The position numbers were made by a program, and so were the translations under genes. Below are positions 26,825 through 36,372 of a stretch of 44,015 nucleotides of DNA, in pieces. Location of the stretch: NCBI GenBank assembly GCA_030427205.1, contig JAUHXC010000011.1, positions 1-44,015 on the forward strand, in the 5' to 3' direction. Numbering within the stretch: the first letter of the stretch is position 1; every line of letters starts with the position of its first letter. The stretch is from a bacterium. Its GTDB lineage: Bacteria; Myxococcota_A; Bradymonadia; UBA7976; UBA1532. The notes under the pieces are model-generated. The model saw nothing but the letters and a program-made list of their open reading frames with translations. It ran no database searches and was not told the origin of the DNA.

Positions 26825-27742
26825 ATGAACCGCATCTCCGACATCGAGATCTTCGTCGCCATCGTGGCCGACGGCAGCTTCACCGCCGCCGCGCGGCGCC
26901 TGGGCGTCAGCAAGTCCCACGTCAGCCGCCAGATACAGGCCCTCGAAGACCGCCTCGGCGCCCGGCTGCTCGACCGCACGACCCGCACCGTGCGGCCCAC
27001 GGACGCCGGGCTCGAGTTCAATACCCGGGCGCTGAAGGTGCTCGCAGAGCTCGACGAGGCCGAGCGGGCGGTGCGCGACCTGCAGAGCGAGCCGCGGGGG
27101 GTCCTGCGCGTCGGGGCGCCGGTCTCGTTCGGGCTGCGCTACGTGGCCCCCGCGGTGGCGTCCTTCATGAGCCGCTGGCCCGAGCTGCGGGTCGAGGCGT
27201 CCTACAGCGACGAGCGGGTGGACGTCATCGGCGACGGCTTCGACGTCGTGGTGCGCATCGGCCAGCTCGCCGACTCGAGCCTCATCGTGCGCCGGCTGGC
27301 CCGCACCCGGGCCCACATCGTCGGCAGCCCGGCCTACTTCGACCGCCATGGCGCACCCGAGACCCCCGATGCGCTCGCCGACCACGCCTGCCTGCGCTAC
27401 GCGCATCAGCTCAGCGGACACGGCTGGACCCTTTGGGGCCCCGACGGCGAGCGCACCGTGCGTATCGACGGGCCGCTGCTCGCCGACAACGGCGACGCGC
27501 TGCTCGTCGCCGCCTGCGCGGGCCTCGGGCTGGCCTACATGCCCGACTTCTTCGTCGGCGAAGACGTCGCCTCGGGCGCGCTGCGCACCGCCCTCGACGA
27601 CTGGACCACCCGCGAGGTGCCGGTGGCCGCGCTCTACCCCCACAACCGCCACCTCTCGGCCAAGGTCCGGCTGTTCGTCGACCACCTCGCCGAGACGCTG
27701 CGCGCCCGGCCCTGGCGCCGCGACGCCGAGGGGCAGGCGTGA
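26825..27742 (+). CDS. LysR-family transcriptional regulator, divergently oriented to the nitrilase gene.
   Basis: N-terminal wHTH FVAIVADGSFTAAARRLGVSKSHVSRQIQALEDRLGARLLDRTTR is a canonical LysR signature, and a LysR substrate-binding domain follows. Classic divergent arrangement with its probable target. Confidence 0.85.
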   Translation: MNRISDIEIFVAIVADGSFTAAARRLGVSKSHVSRQIQALEDRLGARLLDRTTRTVRPTDAGLEFNTRALKVLAELDEAERAVRDLQSEPRGVLRVGAPVSFGLRYVAPAVASFMSRWPELRVEASYSDERVDVIGDGFDVVVRIGQLADSSLIVRRLARTRAHIVGSPAYFDRHGAPETPDALADHACLRYAHQLSGHGWTLWGPDGERTVRIDGPLLADNGDALLVAACAGLGLAYMPDFFVGEDVASGALRTALDDWTTREVPVAALYPHNRHLSAKVRLFVDHLAETLRARPWRRDAEGQA

Positions 27743-27961
27743 TTTTCTGGAGCGTATTTCCGCTTTGCTTTCGCGCAGTTGATTCTTCGACGAGATTTTT
27801 TCTCCGACCGGGGAACTAAATCGGGCGGCGCCTCGTTTCACCCACCGAGACGACGGAGCACCTCCTTCCCCCAGCAACTCCCCCGCTCCGCAGTCTCACG
27901 GGTGATTCACACCCGGCCCGACCCCGTTGCTCCCCCGACGCGGTCAGGCCGAATCACCCCG

Positions 27962-28025
27962 CCCGGGTCCGGTCTCACTGCTCTCTCCCCCTCCCGAGCC
28001 AGACCGGACCCGGGTCCCCTTTTCT
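27962..28025 (+). terminator. Perfect 14-bp inverted repeat CCCGGGTCCGGTCT / AGACCGGACCCGGG with a 25-nt C/U-rich loop, followed by TCCCCTTTTCTCC. An intrinsic-terminator-like element, or the 3' end of a small RNA.
   Basis: Read directly. Sits 220 bp downstream of the lysR-like stop, in a 540-bp non-coding gap. Confidence 0.35.
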
Positions 28026-28034
28026 CCTCCCCTC

Positions 28035-28074
28035 TTCGACAGACGCCCGCAGTCTTTCGACAGACGTCCGCACT
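28035..28074 (+). promoter_or_regulatory. Two 19-bp direct repeats TTCGACAGACG[C/T]CCGCA[G/C]T phased 21 bp apart; candidate binding site for a dimeric regulator ~200 bp upstream of the giant TPR gene. A possible extended -10 (TGGTATATG) lies at ~28168.
   Basis: Direct repeats read directly. Two-helical-turn phasing is typical of response-regulator or tandem-dimer sites. Confidence 0.3.
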
Positions 28075-28281
28075 CGCCGGCGCGCGTGGTGCGCCCGCGA
28101 TGCCCATCGACACCGGGTCGACCGGCGCAGCGCGAGGCACATGGAGCACCTTCCCTTTTTGCCGCTGGCCGCCCATGGTATATGCTGCCGTCGAGCCCGT
28201 CCGGGGCCTCGATCCCGACGACTCTGAAACCGCTCACCCGACGGTCGATGCGCCGCTCCGAAATGGCGCGGAGCGTCGGCC

Positions 28282-31200
28282 ATGACCCGCTCGGATCGCA
28301 TGCCCACACCCCGCGATACGATGACCCTGCGACTCGGTGAGCCGTCGCGGATCGATCCGCCCGACGCGCGCTTCTGGGTGCAGCACTGCGCGCAGCTGCA
28401 GCGGCGGGCGGCGGGCATGCGGGCGTCGGTCGAGCAGGCGCGGCTCCACGGGCAGCGGGCGTATGTGCTCGACGAGATGCTCGATGACCGCGCGGCGGCC
28501 GAAGAGGCGTGGAAGGCGGCGCTCGTGGCCCAGCCGGGTTATCTGCCCGCGCTGCTCGCCCTGCGCGATCGGGCCCTGGAGAGCGACGCCCGCAGCCTCG
28601 CCGAGACCCTGGCCGACGTGCACCTGCCGGCGCTGGCCGACAGCGAAGACGTCGACCGGCGGGACATCGCCGAGCTCGCGGCCTTCTTCGGGCTGATCTG
28701 GCTCTTCCGCTGGCCCGACGCCGACCGCGCCGCCCACGCGCTGCTGCGGCTCGAGGCGGTGGGCGATCCGCTGGGGCTGGCCGAGCGGCTGCTGCACCTG
28801 TGCCTCGACGGCGCCGGGCAGGTGACCCGGTGGCGGGCGCGCGCCGAGCGACTCGAAGGGCCCGAGCGCGCCGCGCTGCTCGCCGAGCTCGGCCGGCACC
28901 TCGTCGACGACCCCGACGTGGCCGCCGAGGGCTGGCAGCTGCTCGCCGAGGCCGCCGGGGCCGACCCTGTCGCCGGCTGGTATCGCGTCGAGCAGGCGCT
29001 GGTCATGGGCGAACCCAGCGCGTTGGCCCGGGCGCTCGAGACCCTCGCGGGCCTCTGCGAAGGGGTCGGGGCGGCCATCCTGCGATTCCTCGCCGCCGAG
29101 ATCTGGGAGCTGGTGCTGGGCCAGGTCGACAAGGCCGAAGCGCTCTACGCGCAGGTCACCGGCGGCGGCCTGCGGGCGGCCATCGCGCTCAAGCAGATCG
29201 TCAGCGACGCCCGCCAGTTCTCCGACGACCCGCTCGGCATGTCGGCCAGCCTGGCCGAGCAGGCCGACAGCATCGGCGACGCGCGCCTCGAGGCGGTGCT
29301 CTACCTGCGCGCGGCCCAGCTCGCCGCGGTGGCCAACGACAGCGCGAGGGCGCGCGACGCGGCCGGCGCGGCGCTCGAGCGCTGGCCGGAGGACGACCGC
29401 GCGCGCCATCTGGTCGAACGCATCGTCTGGCAGGCCGCCGAGTGGCACGACCTGCGGGCCCTCATCAACCGCGCCGCCGGCGGCGACATCGCCCGGCTGC
29501 TGCGGGCGGCCATCCTCGAGCACGCCGTGCAGGAGCCGGCCAGCGCCCTCGGCGCGCTCGGATCGGCGACCAGCGAGGCCCCCGAGCTGCTGCACCTGCG
29601 CACGCGGCAGCGGCTCTCGCAGCACCTCGTGGCCGGCGACGACCTGCGCGAAGCCGAGGCCCGGGTGCGGGCGTGGCAATACGAGGCCAACCTGCTCGAC
29701 GCCAGCGACCGACGGGCCGAGCTGTACCTGCGCATCGCCCGCTTCTATCTGGCCCATACGGCGCAGCACGAGAAGGCGCTGACCTACCTCTTCTGGGCCC
29801 TCGATCGCGACCCGAAGAACCTCACCGTGCTGCGCATCATCGAGCACTGCTGCCGCCAGACCGGCCGCCAAGGTCCGCTGGTGAAGGCGCTCGACCAGAC
29901 CGTCGAGCTGCTCGACCGCCCCGCCGACCGCTTCCCGCTGCGCCGTGAGCTGGCCGAGATCCAGGCCGCCGCGGGCGCGCCGACCGATACCCTCGTCGAC
30001 CTCTACCGGGCCGCGCTCGCCGAAGAGCCGACCGACGCCAGCACCCAGGCCGACCTCGAGCGGCTCTATCGCCACGCCCGGCGCCACGACGACCTCAAGG
30101 GCCTCTACGAGCAGATGCTGCGCAGCGCCGACGGCCCCGAGGCGCGGGCCTCGGTCGCGGTGCGCTTCGGCCCGCTGCTCGTCGAGCAGTTCGACGACGC
30201 GGTGGCCGCGCTGCGGCTCTACGACCGGGTCATGCCCGATACCCCCGACGGCCCGCTGCGCTCGCGGCTGGAGATGCTGCAGACCGAAGCCGCCGCCGCC
30301 GGTGGGCTCTCCGGCAGCCTGCCGGCGCTCAACACCGTCGAGATCGAAGCCCTCGAGCGCTCCTCGATGGACTTCGACTTCGGCGAGGCCGACATCGACG
30401 AGCTGCTGACGGTGGTCTCCGACCCCCGGGCCGAGTCCGATCCGGGCGAGATCGCGCCGCCGCCGCTGCCGCCGCTGCTGCCGATGGCGCCCACCGAGGT
30501 CGACAGCAAGATCCGCAGCCCGCTGCCCACCGACGAGGTCCGCGCCGCCGACGCCGTGCGGCCGGCCGATCGACCCTCGGGGCGCACCGGCCTGCTCGAC
30601 TCGGGCCGGGCCGCGGTGCCGCCGCCGCTCGACGTCGACGACGAGATCGAGTTCTTCGAATTCGAGGTGGACGAAGACGACGCCGAGCTGAACGGCTCGG
30701 TCGAGCTCTCGCCCGAAGACCTCGCCGAGGCCGGCCCGCCGCCGCCGGCGCCCATCACCGACCGCACGACCGGCTTCCTCGGCGCCGAGCGCGCCGGCGA
30801 GGGCAAGCGCGACCGCAGCCGGGCGGTCATCGCCCGCAAGCTGCGCCGCAGCCGCAACAAGCAGCCCACCGACGAGTTCGCCGACTTCGGCGAGCCGTCG
30901 CTGGTCGAAGCGGTCGAGATGTACGGCGCCGCCGAAGACTTCGATACCCGGCTGCGGGCCGTCGCCGAGCTGGCCCGGCGCTACGAGGCCGCCGGCCGAC
31001 CGCTCGAAGCCATCCGCGCGTGGCGCACCGTGCTCGGCTTCCGGGCCGGTGACGGCGAGGCCATCCGCCACCTCGAGCAGCTCTACCGCAGCACCGAAGA
31101 CTGGCGCGGGCTGGTGGAGATATTGGCCGGCGAGGCCACCCGCACCGGCGACCGGGCCCGGCGGCAGGCGCTGCTCTTGGAGGTCGCCCGGCTCGAATGG

Positions 31201-34200
31201 CGGGCGCTGGAAGACGCCGGGGCCGCGGTCAACCACTTCCTCGAAGCCCTCGACCTGGGCGTCGTCGACCGCGAGACCATCGCCGAGCTCGCCGGCGCGG
31301 TGCGCGCGGTCAAGCGCTGGCCGGCCTACGTCGACGCGCTGGCCCGGGCCGGCCTCGACGACCCGGCGCACATGAGCCCCGAGGGCGCCATCGACCTCGG
31401 CCGGGTCCACCTCTACGAGCTCAGCGACCCGGCGCGGGCGGTGCCCTACCTCGTCACCGCGGCGCGGGCGCTGCCCGAGCGGGTCGACATCGCCGCCGAC
31501 CTGGCCGAAGCCCGGGCGGGCCTGGGCGAGGTCGACCGGGCGGTGGCGCTCTTGACCCGGGCGATCCAGGCGGCCGTCGACCTCGGCCCCGACGCGCGCA
31601 ACGTGCTGCGCCTGCGCCTCGCCCGACTGTACGAAGAGCACGCCGCCGACAGCCGGGGCGCCTTGCACGTCTACCGCGACGCGCTGGCCGAGGGGCTGTC
31701 CGACCCGGCGGTACTCGACCGCGTCGACCACCTGGCCACCGCCGCCGAGGACTGGCACACCCTCGCCGCCGTGCTCGAGCGCAACCTCGAAGAGGCCCGC
31801 GGCGGCGACCCCGAAGAGGTGCGCCCGATCGCCATCCGCCAGGGCCAGCTGCTGCTCAAGCGCCTCGAGCGCCCGCGAGAGGCCGCCACCGCCTTCGTCG
31901 AAGCCTACGTGCTCGACCCGGCCGACGAAGGCGTCTTCCGGCTCGTCGAGGGCATCCTGCGCAAGCACCCCGACCCGGCGCTGCAGGCGCGGCTCTACGC
32001 CGCCTGGCTCGACGGCGGCGAGCGCAGCCTCAAAGAGCGGCTGACGATGTCGCTGCGGCTGGTGGCGGCCCACGAGGCCGAAGGCCGGCTCGACGCGGCC
32101 GCCGAAGTGCTCGAAGAGCTGCGGGCGCGCATGCCGAACGACGGCGAAGTGCTCGCCGCGCTCGAGCGGGTCTACCAGAAGGCCGGCCGCTGGGACGAGC
32201 TGGTGCAGATGTACCACCAGGCCCTCGACACCACCGGCGACCCCCAGATCCGGGGGCGCCAGCTGCGGCGGCTGGCGCGAGCGTACGAGGTCGGCCTGCG
32301 CGACCTGCCCCGGGCCACCGAGGTCTACCAGACGCTCTTCGCCGAGCAGCCCGACGATACGACCACCCTCAAGGCGCTCGCCCGACTGCTCGAAGGCCAG
32401 AAGCGCTGGGACGAGCTGCTCGAGATCAGCACCCGCGAGCTGGCGCTGACCGACAAGCCGCGGCAGAAGGCGTTCATCCACTTCCGCATGGGCAGCCTGC
32501 ACGAGTCGCAGCTCGGCGATCACGCGGCGGCCGGCGCGGCGTACCACCGCGCGCTGGAGCTCGACCCGCGCTGCTTCCCGGCGCTGCACGGCCTGCGCGA
32601 GCTGGCGGCCAACGCCGGCGACTGGCCGACGGTGGTCGCCCACCTCGGCCGCGAGCTCGAGCTGTGGGACGAACCCAAGGAGCGCGCGGCGGTGCTCTCG
32701 CGCATCGGCGAGATCTACGAGCGCCAGCTCGACGACACCGCCGAGGCCGACGCCCACTACGCCCGGGCGCTCGATACCCACGCCGGCTGCATCCCCGCCG
32801 CCCGGGCCCTCGCCCGCCGCGCGTGGCAGGCCGGCGACTGGGAGGCCGCCGCGCCGCACCTGCAGGTGCTCACCAACCAGAACCTCGACAAGCTGCCCCG
32901 CTCGACGTCGAGCAAGCTCTTCTATCGGCGCGGCGTCGTCGCCCGCAACCTGGGCCGGCAGCTCGAGGCCATCGAGAGCCTCAAGCTCGCGCTGGAGTTC
33001 GACGGCAGCAACGCCGAGGCGCTGCACGCGCTGGTCGAGACCTACGCCGGCCAGGGGACCGACGACGACGGGCTCTCGGCGCTGCTCAAGCAGCTCGCCG
33101 AGAACCGCGCGACCCACGTCGAAGCCGGGCGCATGGACGAGGTGGCCCGCATCGACGTGCTCTCGGGGCTCGCCGCCGAGCATCAGCTGCGCCTCGACGA
33201 CGCGGAGGACGCCTACCGCCGCGCCTGCGAGGCCCGCCCCGACGACCCCGACGTGCTGCGGCCGCTGATCGAGCTGCTGCTCAAGCGCCGCCTGTGGAGC
33301 GACGCCACCGCCGCGCTGCGCACCTTCGCCGACCGCTTCTTCGACGCCGCCCTCGACCGGGCCGACGCGCGGGCCGCCTGGGTCGACGCCACCTTCTGGG
33401 AGGGCGAGATCTGGTCCGACATGGCCGTCGACCCGGCCCGGGCCATCGCCTGCTACGCCGCGGTGCTCGCCGTCGACCCCGACAACCGCGAGGCCCGCTA
33501 CCGCACCGCGCAGTGCCACTACCTGATGGGCGTCTTCGACGAAGCCGCCGAGATCGTCGACGAGCTGCTGACCCACGGCGGGCTGCCCGCCGGCGAGCGG
33601 GCGCGCTACACCTTCTATCGGGGGCGTATCGAGCAGGTCGGGCTGCACGACGAGGGCGCCGCCCGCGCGCTCTACGCCGAGGCGCTGCAGGTCGACCGCC
33701 ACTGCGCCCGGGCGCTCATCGCCCTCGGCCGCAGCCTGCTCGACGCCGACGAGACCGACGGCGTCGTCGACCTGCTGCGCGAGCATCAGGCCCTCATCGA
33801 GGCCCCCGACGACGGCGACCCCGACCTGGCGGCGCTCAAGACCTTCGCCGCCGGCGTCTGGCACCGCCACGGGCAGAGCGACGTGGCCTTGCGCCTGCTC
33901 ACGCCGCTGGCCCAGGGCATCACCGCCGGCGCCCGCGACGCCCGCTTCTGCCTCGCCCGGGTGCACGAGAGCCGCGGCGGGTTCGACGCCGCCGCCGCCC
34001 AGCTCGAGCGGACCCTGGCCGACGACGTCTGCGACATCGCCGCGCTGCGGGCCCTCGCCGGGCTGCGCATGCGCCAGGGCGACGACGAGCGCGCGCTGTG
34101 GGTGCTGTCGGTGCTCGAGCTCTACGGCGCGCTGAACCCCGACGAGCGGGTGACGTGGGGCACCCTGCGCGACCGCAACCGCAAGCAGCGCGACCGCGGG

Positions 34201-35004
34201 GGCCACACCCTCGCCGACGGCGTCTTGGAGCGGGTGATGCTGCACCCGTCGTTCAAGAGCCCGCTGGTCACGCTGATGGCGTTGTGCGCCGACGACCGCC
34301 CCATCCGGCCGCCGCCCACGCTGCGCCGCGCCGAGCGGGTCAACGGCCAGCGGCACACCTTCACCCTCGAGCTCGAGGCGGTGCAGAGCCTGCTCGGCTA
34401 TCGCGACTTCGACCTCTACTTCATCGGCGACCACCCCGAGCTGGTGGCGCTGTGGCCCGCCGAGCCGCCGTTGATGGTGCTCGGCGCGCCGGCGCTCGGC
34501 GACCGCTGCACCACCGCCGAGCGCCGGTTTCTGGTGGGCCGGGCGGCGTTCTACGGCAAAGCCGGGCTGACTCGACTGCACGACGCCGGCCCCGAGCAGG
34601 CCCTCGACCGCATCGCCCGGGTCGGCGGCCTCGTCAGCCGCCGGGCCGACCTCGATCGCCGCACCGACCCGCTGCTCGCCGGCCTGCCCGACCGCGCCAT
34701 CGACACCATCGCCGAGCTGGTGCAGCGGGTGGGTGAGCACACCCTGCCGCCGCTCTACACCGGCGAGCAGGCGTTGACCGGCGTCGCGTGCACCGCCGAC
34801 CGCGCGGGCCTGCTGGCGAGCGGGTCCTTGCGGGCCGCCGTCGAGATGCTCACCCGCCACGCGGGGGTCGGCGAGACCATCGAGCGCGGCGACGACCTCG
34901 GCTGGGCGGTGCGCAGCGGGTCGCGGCTGCGCGACCTGGTCAAGTATGCTCTCTCCGACGCGTTCACCGAGCTCCGCGCCGAAGCGGGCCTCGGGATCTC
35001 GTAG
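28282..35004 (+). CDS. Giant (2240 aa) tetratricopeptide-repeat (TPR) protein with a central acidic/Pro-rich low-complexity region (aa ~690-860).
   Basis: Dozens of TPR-like 34-aa units (e.g. AYHRALELDPRCFPALHGLRELAANAGDW; ADAHYARALDTHAGCIPAARALARRAW). The minus-strand ORF 28234..35019 is an antisense artefact. Confidence 0.8.
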   Translation: MTRSDRMPTPRDTMTLRLGEPSRIDPPDARFWVQHCAQLQRRAAGMRASVEQARLHGQRAYVLDEMLDDRAAAEEAWKAALVAQPGYLPALLALRDRALESDARSLAETLADVHLPALADSEDVDRRDIAELAAFFGLIWLFRWPDADRAAHALLRLEAVGDPLGLAERLLHLCLDGAGQVTRWRARAERLEGPERAALLAELGRHLVDDPDVAAEGWQLLAEAAGADPVAGWYRVEQALVMGEPSALARALETLAGLCEGVGAAILRFLAAEIWELVLGQVDKAEALYAQVTGGGLRAAIALKQIVSDARQFSDDPLGMSASLAEQADSIGDARLEAVLYLRAAQLAAVANDSARARDAAGAALERWPEDDRARHLVERIVWQAAEWHDLRALINRAAGGDIARLLRAAILEHAVQEPASALGALGSATSEAPELLHLRTRQRLSQHLVAGDDLREAEARVRAWQYEANLLDASDRRAELYLRIARFYLAHTAQHEKALTYLFWALDRDPKNLTVLRIIEHCCRQTGRQGPLVKALDQTVELLDRPADRFPLRRELAEIQAAAGAPTDTLVDLYRAALAEEPTDASTQADLERLYRHARRHDDLKGLYEQMLRSADGPEARASVAVRFGPLLVEQFDDAVAALRLYDRVMPDTPDGPLRSRLEMLQTEAAAAGGLSGSLPALNTVEIEALERSSMDFDFGEADIDELLTVVSDPRAESDPGEIAPPPLPPLLPMAPTEVDSKIRSPLPTDEVRAADAVRPADRPSGRTGLLDSGRAAVPPPLDVDDEIEFFEFEVDEDDAELNGSVELSPEDLAEAGPPPPAPITDRTTGFLGAERAGEGKRDRSRAVIARKLRRSRNKQPTDEFADFGEPSLVEAVEMYGAAEDFDTRLRAVAELARRYEAAGRPLEAIRAWRTVLGFRAGDGEAIRHLEQLYRSTEDWRGLVEILAGEATRTGDRARRQALLLEVARLEWRALEDAGAAVNHFLEALDLGVVDRETIAELAGAVRAVKRWPAYVDALARAGLDDPAHMSPEGAIDLGRVHLYELSDPARAVPYLVTAARALPERVDIAADLAEARAGLGEVDRAVALLTRAIQAAVDLGPDARNVLRLRLARLYEEHAADSRGALHVYRDALAEGLSDPAVLDRVDHLATAAEDWHTLAAVLERNLEEARGGDPEEVRPIAIRQGQLLLKRLERPREAATAFVEAYVLDPADEGVFRLVEGILRKHPDPALQARLYAAWLDGGERSLKERLTMSLRLVAAHEAEGRLDAAAEVLEELRARMPNDGEVLAALERVYQKAGRWDELVQMYHQALDTTGDPQIRGRQLRRLARAYEVGLRDLPRATEVYQTLFAEQPDDTTTLKALARLLEGQKRWDELLEISTRELALTDKPRQKAFIHFRMGSLHESQLGDHAAAGAAYHRALELDPRCFPALHGLRELAANAGDWPTVVAHLGRELELWDEPKERAAVLSRIGEIYERQLDDTAEADAHYARALDTHAGCIPAARALARRAWQAGDWEAAAPHLQVLTNQNLDKLPRSTSSKLFYRRGVVARNLGRQLEAIESLKLALEFDGSNAEALHALVETYAGQGTDDDGLSALLKQLAENRATHVEAGRMDEVARIDVLSGLAAEHQLRLDDAEDAYRRACEARPDDPDVLRPLIELLLKRRLWSDATAALRTFADRFFDAALDRADARAAWVDATFWEGEIWSDMAVDPARAIACYAAVLAVDPDNREARYRTAQCHYLMGVFDEAAEIVDELLTHGGLPAGERARYTFYRGRIEQVGLHDEGAARALYAEALQVDRHCARALIALGRSLLDADETDGVVDLLREHQALIEAPDDGDPDLAALKTFAAGVWHRHGQSDVALRLLTPLAQGITAGARDARFCLARVHESRGGFDAAAAQLERTLADDVCDIAALRALAGLRMRQGDDERALWVLSVLELYGALNPDERVTWGTLRDRNRKQRDRGGHTLADGVLERVMLHPSFKSPLVTLMALCADDRPIRPPPTLRRAERVNGQRHTFTLELEAVQSLLGYRDFDLYFIGDHPELVALWPAEPPLMVLGAPALGDRCTTAERRFLVGRAAFYGKAGLTRLHDAGPEQALDRIARVGGLVSRRADLDRRTDPLLAGLPDRAIDTIAELVQRVGEHTLPPLYTGEQALTGVACTADRAGLLASGSLRAAVEMLTRHAGVGETIERGDDLGWAVRSGSRLRDLVKYALSDAFTELRAEAGLGIS

Positions 35005-35042
35005 GCGCAATCGGTACACGGACCCACAGACCGGCGAGCGGT

Positions 35043-35855
35043 ATGTCCAAGAAGTTCTCCCTGGGTGCCAATACGGTCGAAGACGTCACCTTCCTCAAGG
35101 TCAGCGGCGTCGTCGACGAGGACAACACCCTCGCCAAGAGCCTCAAGAAGATCGACGGCCGCACCGTGGTCATCGACCTCAGCGGGGTCGAGCGCATCAA
35201 CAGCTGCGGGGTGCGCGACTGGGTCAACTGGCTCAACGACCTCGACGCCAAGGGCAAGCGGGTCGTGCTGGTGCGCTGCAGCCCGTGCATCGTCAATCAG
35301 GTCAACCTGGTCAACAACTTCGTCGGGCGCGGCCGGGTGAAGAGCTTCTTCGCCCCCTACTTCTGCCCGCGCTGCGACACCGAGCAGCTCAAGCTCCTGC
35401 AGGTCGAAGACTTCGCCGGTATGGACCGCCCGCGGGCCCCCGACGTGCGCGGCGACGGCTGTCAGCAGGCCCGCTGCGAGATGGAGTTCGACGACCTCGA
35501 GGCGGCCTACTTCGCCTTCCTGCCGCGCAATACCGGCCAGGTGGTCGACACCGGCCTCAAGAGCCTGCTCGACGACCTCAGCCCTTCGATCCGCGACCGC
35601 ATCAAGCGGCTCGACAGCGTGCAGCAGAACGCCGACCCGGAGAAGACGCCCATCAGCGGCATGTACAGCCCGCTGACCGTCACCCGGACCCAGCTGAGCA
35701 TCAACAAAGGCGGCGCGCCGGCCGACGAGGCGCCCGAAGCGCAGACCGAGCAGGTGCGCACCCGCAGCAGCCTGGGCGTGATCCTGACCGCCGCGGCGCT
35801 GCTGCTCGTCGGCGGGCTCATCGCCTACGTCGTATTCTTCATCGGGGGGGGCTGA
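35043..35855 (+). CDS. STAS-domain (anti-sigma-factor antagonist-like) protein fused to a 4-Cys zinc-ribbon (CPRC...CQQARC) and a C-terminal TM anchor.
   Basis: STAS signature VVIDLSGVERINSCGVRDWVNWLNDL. Cys pairs in the CxxC...CxxC arrangement. C-terminal hydrophobic helix LGVILTAAALLLVGGLIAYVVFFIGG. The ORF track's upstream extension is rejected; ATG at 35043. Confidence 0.65.
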   Translation: MSKKFSLGANTVEDVTFLKVSGVVDEDNTLAKSLKKIDGRTVVIDLSGVERINSCGVRDWVNWLNDLDAKGKRVVLVRCSPCIVNQVNLVNNFVGRGRVKSFFAPYFCPRCDTEQLKLLQVEDFAGMDRPRAPDVRGDGCQQARCEMEFDDLEAAYFAFLPRNTGQVVDTGLKSLLDDLSPSIRDRIKRLDSVQQNADPEKTPISGMYSPLTVTRTQLSINKGGAPADEAPEAQTEQVRTRSSLGVILTAAALLLVGGLIAYVVFFIGGG

Positions 35856-35856
35856 G

Positions 35857-36372
35857 GTGGCCGACGATACGCTCGACCGCATCCGCGACGTGGGCGCGGT
35901 GTTCATCGACCCCTGGGTCGCCGTCGACCGCAGCGGCGAGGTGGTCGACTTCAACCCGCACTTCCGGGCCCTGCACAACCGACAGAACGCCCGCAAGCTG
36001 CAGGGCAGCCCGCTGTCGACCTACGTGCACCTCGACCTGCCCGTCGACCCCGTCGCGCAGTGCCTCGAAGAGGGCAAGCCGGTGCGCTACGACGAGATCC
36101 AGGTCACCATCGAAGGCGAAGAGGCCGCCCGGCCGTTCATCATCAGCGCCGCGCCCGTCGGCAGCGGCCACGTGCTGCTGCTGCTGCGCGACGTCTCCGA
36201 CGCCGCCGCCGTGCAGCGCAAATACAAGACGATGCTCGACCGCGAGACCAAGGAGAAAGAGCGCCTGCAGGACGAGATCGGCCGCAAGACCAAAGAGCTC
36301 GTCGACACCAACATGGAGCTCAACCGCACCCAGAAAGAGCTGATGCGGTTCAAGAAGGGGCTCTTCGGCTGA
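35857..36372 (+). CDS. Small PAS-like sensor domain protein with a C-terminal coiled coil.
   Basis: PAS-like fold pattern (GAVFIDPWVAVDRSGEVVDFNPHFRAL...); charged heptad-rich tail. GTG start 1 nt after the upstream stop, and its stop overlaps the next start (TGATG). Confidence 0.5.
   Translation: MADDTLDRIRDVGAVFIDPWVAVDRSGEVVDFNPHFRALHNRQNARKLQGSPLSTYVHLDLPVDPVAQCLEEGKPVRYDEIQVTIEGEEAARPFIISAAPVGSGHVLLLLRDVSDAAAVQRKYKTMLDRETKEKERLQDEIGRKTKELVDTNMELNRTQKELMRFKKGLFG

Noticed and set aside
23656-27819. 1387-aa plus-strand ORF
   Set aside because: It spans four independently supported genes (kinase, nitrilase, LysR) in wrong frames or strands; low-complexity translation.
28234-35019. 2261-aa minus-strand ORF
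   Set aside because: Antisense of the giant TPR gene; same low-complexity composition, no motifs.
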